Program-made: the position numbers and the translations under genes
The notes under the pieces: model-generated
Told to the model about the DNA's origin: nothing
Databases searched by the model: none
The model's input: the letters and a program-made list of their open reading frames with translations, nothing else
Assembly: GCF_021869535.1 (NCBI RefSeq)
Contig: NW_026262626.1
Coordinates: 35,216,001-35,280,000, forward strand
Reading direction: 5' to 3'
DNA length: 64,000 nucleotides
Origin: Mytilus californianus
Taxonomy: Eukaryota
Shown: piece after piece, positions 61,233-64,000 of the stretch
Numbering within the stretch: position 1 is the first letter of the stretch
Layout: every line of letters begins with the position of its first letter

Positions 61233-64000
61233 GTTTCTAAAAGGAAAAATATGGTAATTTTGTCAAACATGAAAGCCGTTACACACGATACTGTTTTGTT
61301 CCTTTTACAACCCATATAATAATTTCAATAATAATATGTTATTCATAAAAAAAACTTTTTATCTAATTATATTACATTCTGAGGCATACAAGAAACCTGA
61401 AAAGGCCTGGTGTGTACATTTCAAGACAGAAGCATATATATGACGTTGCCTTTTTAATAGCCAAAGACTAACATCATTTTGCAGGATTTTCGTTTTACGA
61501 AATTTTACACCGAAATAATAACTTAAATGGACTGATTTGTTTATTCTGCATTTGAATAGAGATACCTTGGCCTACATATAACGTGGGTTTTACTGTCGCA
61601 AATTGATTTTACCTGGTGGTATAAATAAGATGGGCGTTACAGGAACAGCAAATTTTGTGTAAAAATGCGATTGCGCTGAAAGTCGATATACTGTGAATAT
61701 ACTGGTTGATGATACTGGTTGATGATATATATAGATCGTCATATTAGAACAGCATACTAGAACAGCATATTAGAACAGCATACAATACAGTAAGACATAA
61801 GCTCTTTTTAGCTTTTAAAACCGACGTATATATGACATTATGATAATTTTCATGTTCTGTAATCTGCAGTTTGAACTAGTATAGCTCAACCTGGCTAAAT
61901 AACTCACACAAACAGGCGATACAAAATCATTTCCCTTTAAAACTTTCATTGAAATTTCTGTTTCTCACAAAAATTATGATGTCCTCTTTCATGTGAATGA
62001 TCATGATGATAAGTCAATTCATCCCAGAGTTGGTCAATTCGTTCAATGTCGGTAGTAAATTCTTTCCAACAGATTTTGTTCATGAATACTAATAATAATA
62101 ATATAAGATCTAGGAACTAATTATAACCAATTGCAGGGGCTGCTCTGGCTCCCTTAAAGTTGGAGCCAGAAATATCTCCAGCTGCTATATTTTGTCACCA
62201 GTTTGGAAAACTTGGAGCCAACTTTAGAGACAGCTAGAGTCTTGTTTTCCTCTACTAAATCATGTGCAATTTGAATTTCTTGTACACTCAGTGTTCTCTA
62301 CAGGCCCTTAAAGCACCACAGACCCTTGGTCCTATAATTTCCAAGCATGGTCCTAACAGTCCTCCTGCGGTCCTTTATTTCTGTTCAGTGGTGCTATAAT
62401 TTTCGGTAAAATTGTGACTTGTTAAATCTTATTTTTGTGGTATAAAATTACAGGTGAAATTTAACCAGCATGTTGATAGTTACAACAGGTGATTGATTTG
62501 CCTGATGAGGGTTACCTGTTGCTGATTGGATTTAACCAGTCAATTAGCACTTGTAACTTGTTTCTTTTGTGTTTTAATTGATATGGAGATAATATATTAC
62601 TTCTAACAACAATTATATGGCTTCACTCACCACCCAAGCATAGACCAGTGATGTAATCGGAAATTTTAATTTGAACATTTACATGTACAATGCCTTTAGT
62701 TGTACACATCCTGAAAAATTGTTTACACTTGATAAAAGATTAACTGTTGGTCCATTAAATAATAATAATTGATAATTATGCATATTTTTATTATGTATGA
62801 AGCAATTTGTCCATGCTAGCACTATATATCCTGTCTCTTTTAAATAAACTTCCTTCTCTTTTACAACAAAAAAACTTTCATTTTTGACTGCCGGTTTACT
62901 TCCCATTTGGCAGTGGATTTTCTATAGGTAGTCACAGTCTGGGTACTTTTGAAAAGGTTCTGTCATTTCACCTAAAGGTATGATGAGTATTTTTTAAACA
63001 GCAAACACCGTTTTCATAATAAATCCATAAAGAGTTACTTCCCCTATTTTTTTTTCTATTTGAAATTCTCATGTTAAAAATATGTTTACTCACTGAAATA
63101 TTGAATAAATTGATAAGTAAACAAATGATTGCTAACTATTAAAATGAAATGTAATTTCATAAAAATTAAAATTCTATATACATACAGAAAAAATACATTG
63201 TAAATTAAATAAATCAGAGGTAATATCTCCAATACTCCCAATAAAATCAAACCAGTATTATATAGACATTGTACCATCTATGCTAGGCTTATCAGGCAGT
63301 CAATGTCATGAAAAACCACCCTCATACTACAAAAACATGTAGTAATAATAATTGATAATGTGCTTCATGCCTATGAGTGAATGAAGAATATATAATTTCT
63401 TTCACTGCAATAATGTCAACAAAACAAGGTACGAAAGAAAAGAAAAACTCAAATGGATAAAAGGTAATAAAAATAGAAAGAGCCCTATGGGAACTAACCT
63501 TAAAGAGGATAGAGGAAAAGAATTGCGACATGGTACAAATTATGTTCGATGCATATATCTAATTTGTCGCCTTGATTTCCCTGGTGCTATCTAAAAATCC
63601 TGGGGAGAACATTGACACTACTTCATTTAACTTAAAGTGATGATTTGTCATGAAATGTATTGCCCTGTTATTTTATGTTTTTTCTTCCTTTCTGTTAAAG
63701 AACGAAACAAACAGGTTCCCTGACACTAGGATTTTGAGGGCTTAAGTCACTTTTGCATGATAAGAAAACCAACCTTTTTAGGGTAGCAGCTTAACATAAT
63801 ATTAATAGACTAAGTTAGTTATTGCATAGGGTTAAATACATGAACATGAAAAAAACATGTGTACTTTTATTTTCTTTGTCAGTATTTCATCAGCATGAAA
63901 ATTAAGATTAAAACAAAACAGCTGTTTTTCTTCAAAAGATACACACTGTATGTTTTTAATTGATTGTGTATGTCTCCAATTAGAGACTAATGGGACTTAT

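Noticed and set aside
62600-63600. Possible L1/Tx1-type C-terminal remnant (CFMPMSE*RIYNFFHCNNV) or membrane-protein pseudogene
   Set aside because: Only one weak Cys/His-like motif; the long hydrophobic ORFs are explained by AT-rich composition.

Overview
Eukaryotic, AT-rich, intron- and repeat-rich genomic DNA. The repeat families suggest a bivalve, probably a Mytilus mussel (inference, not database-confirmed). Three spliced protein-coding genes were rebuilt by hand from GT-AG sites with consistent exon phases. (1) Ashwin/C2orf49 on +: three exons 2011-5857, first exon upstream of the window. (2) WDCP/C2orf44 on -: complete, 15 coding exons 45235-15433, 738 aa. (3) A 350-aa protein on - with two STI1/HOP-DP-type domains and no TPRs: 6 coding exons 60524-49061. 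The rest is mobile DNA: several families of Helentron-associated (HINE/pearl-like) elements with internal tandem cores, TIR MITEs with TA, TTA, TTAA and 8-bp target duplications, tRNA-SINEs, decayed LINE fragments, minisatellites and hairpins. The strongest structural oddity is a 6.7-kb block in WDCP intron 1 with near-perfect 73-bp TIRs and an exact 8-bp TSD, full of old decayed cargo and with no recognisable transposase. No CRISPR, rRNA or true tRNA was found. Gene identities rest on motif similarity to human proteins recalled from memory; no search was run.
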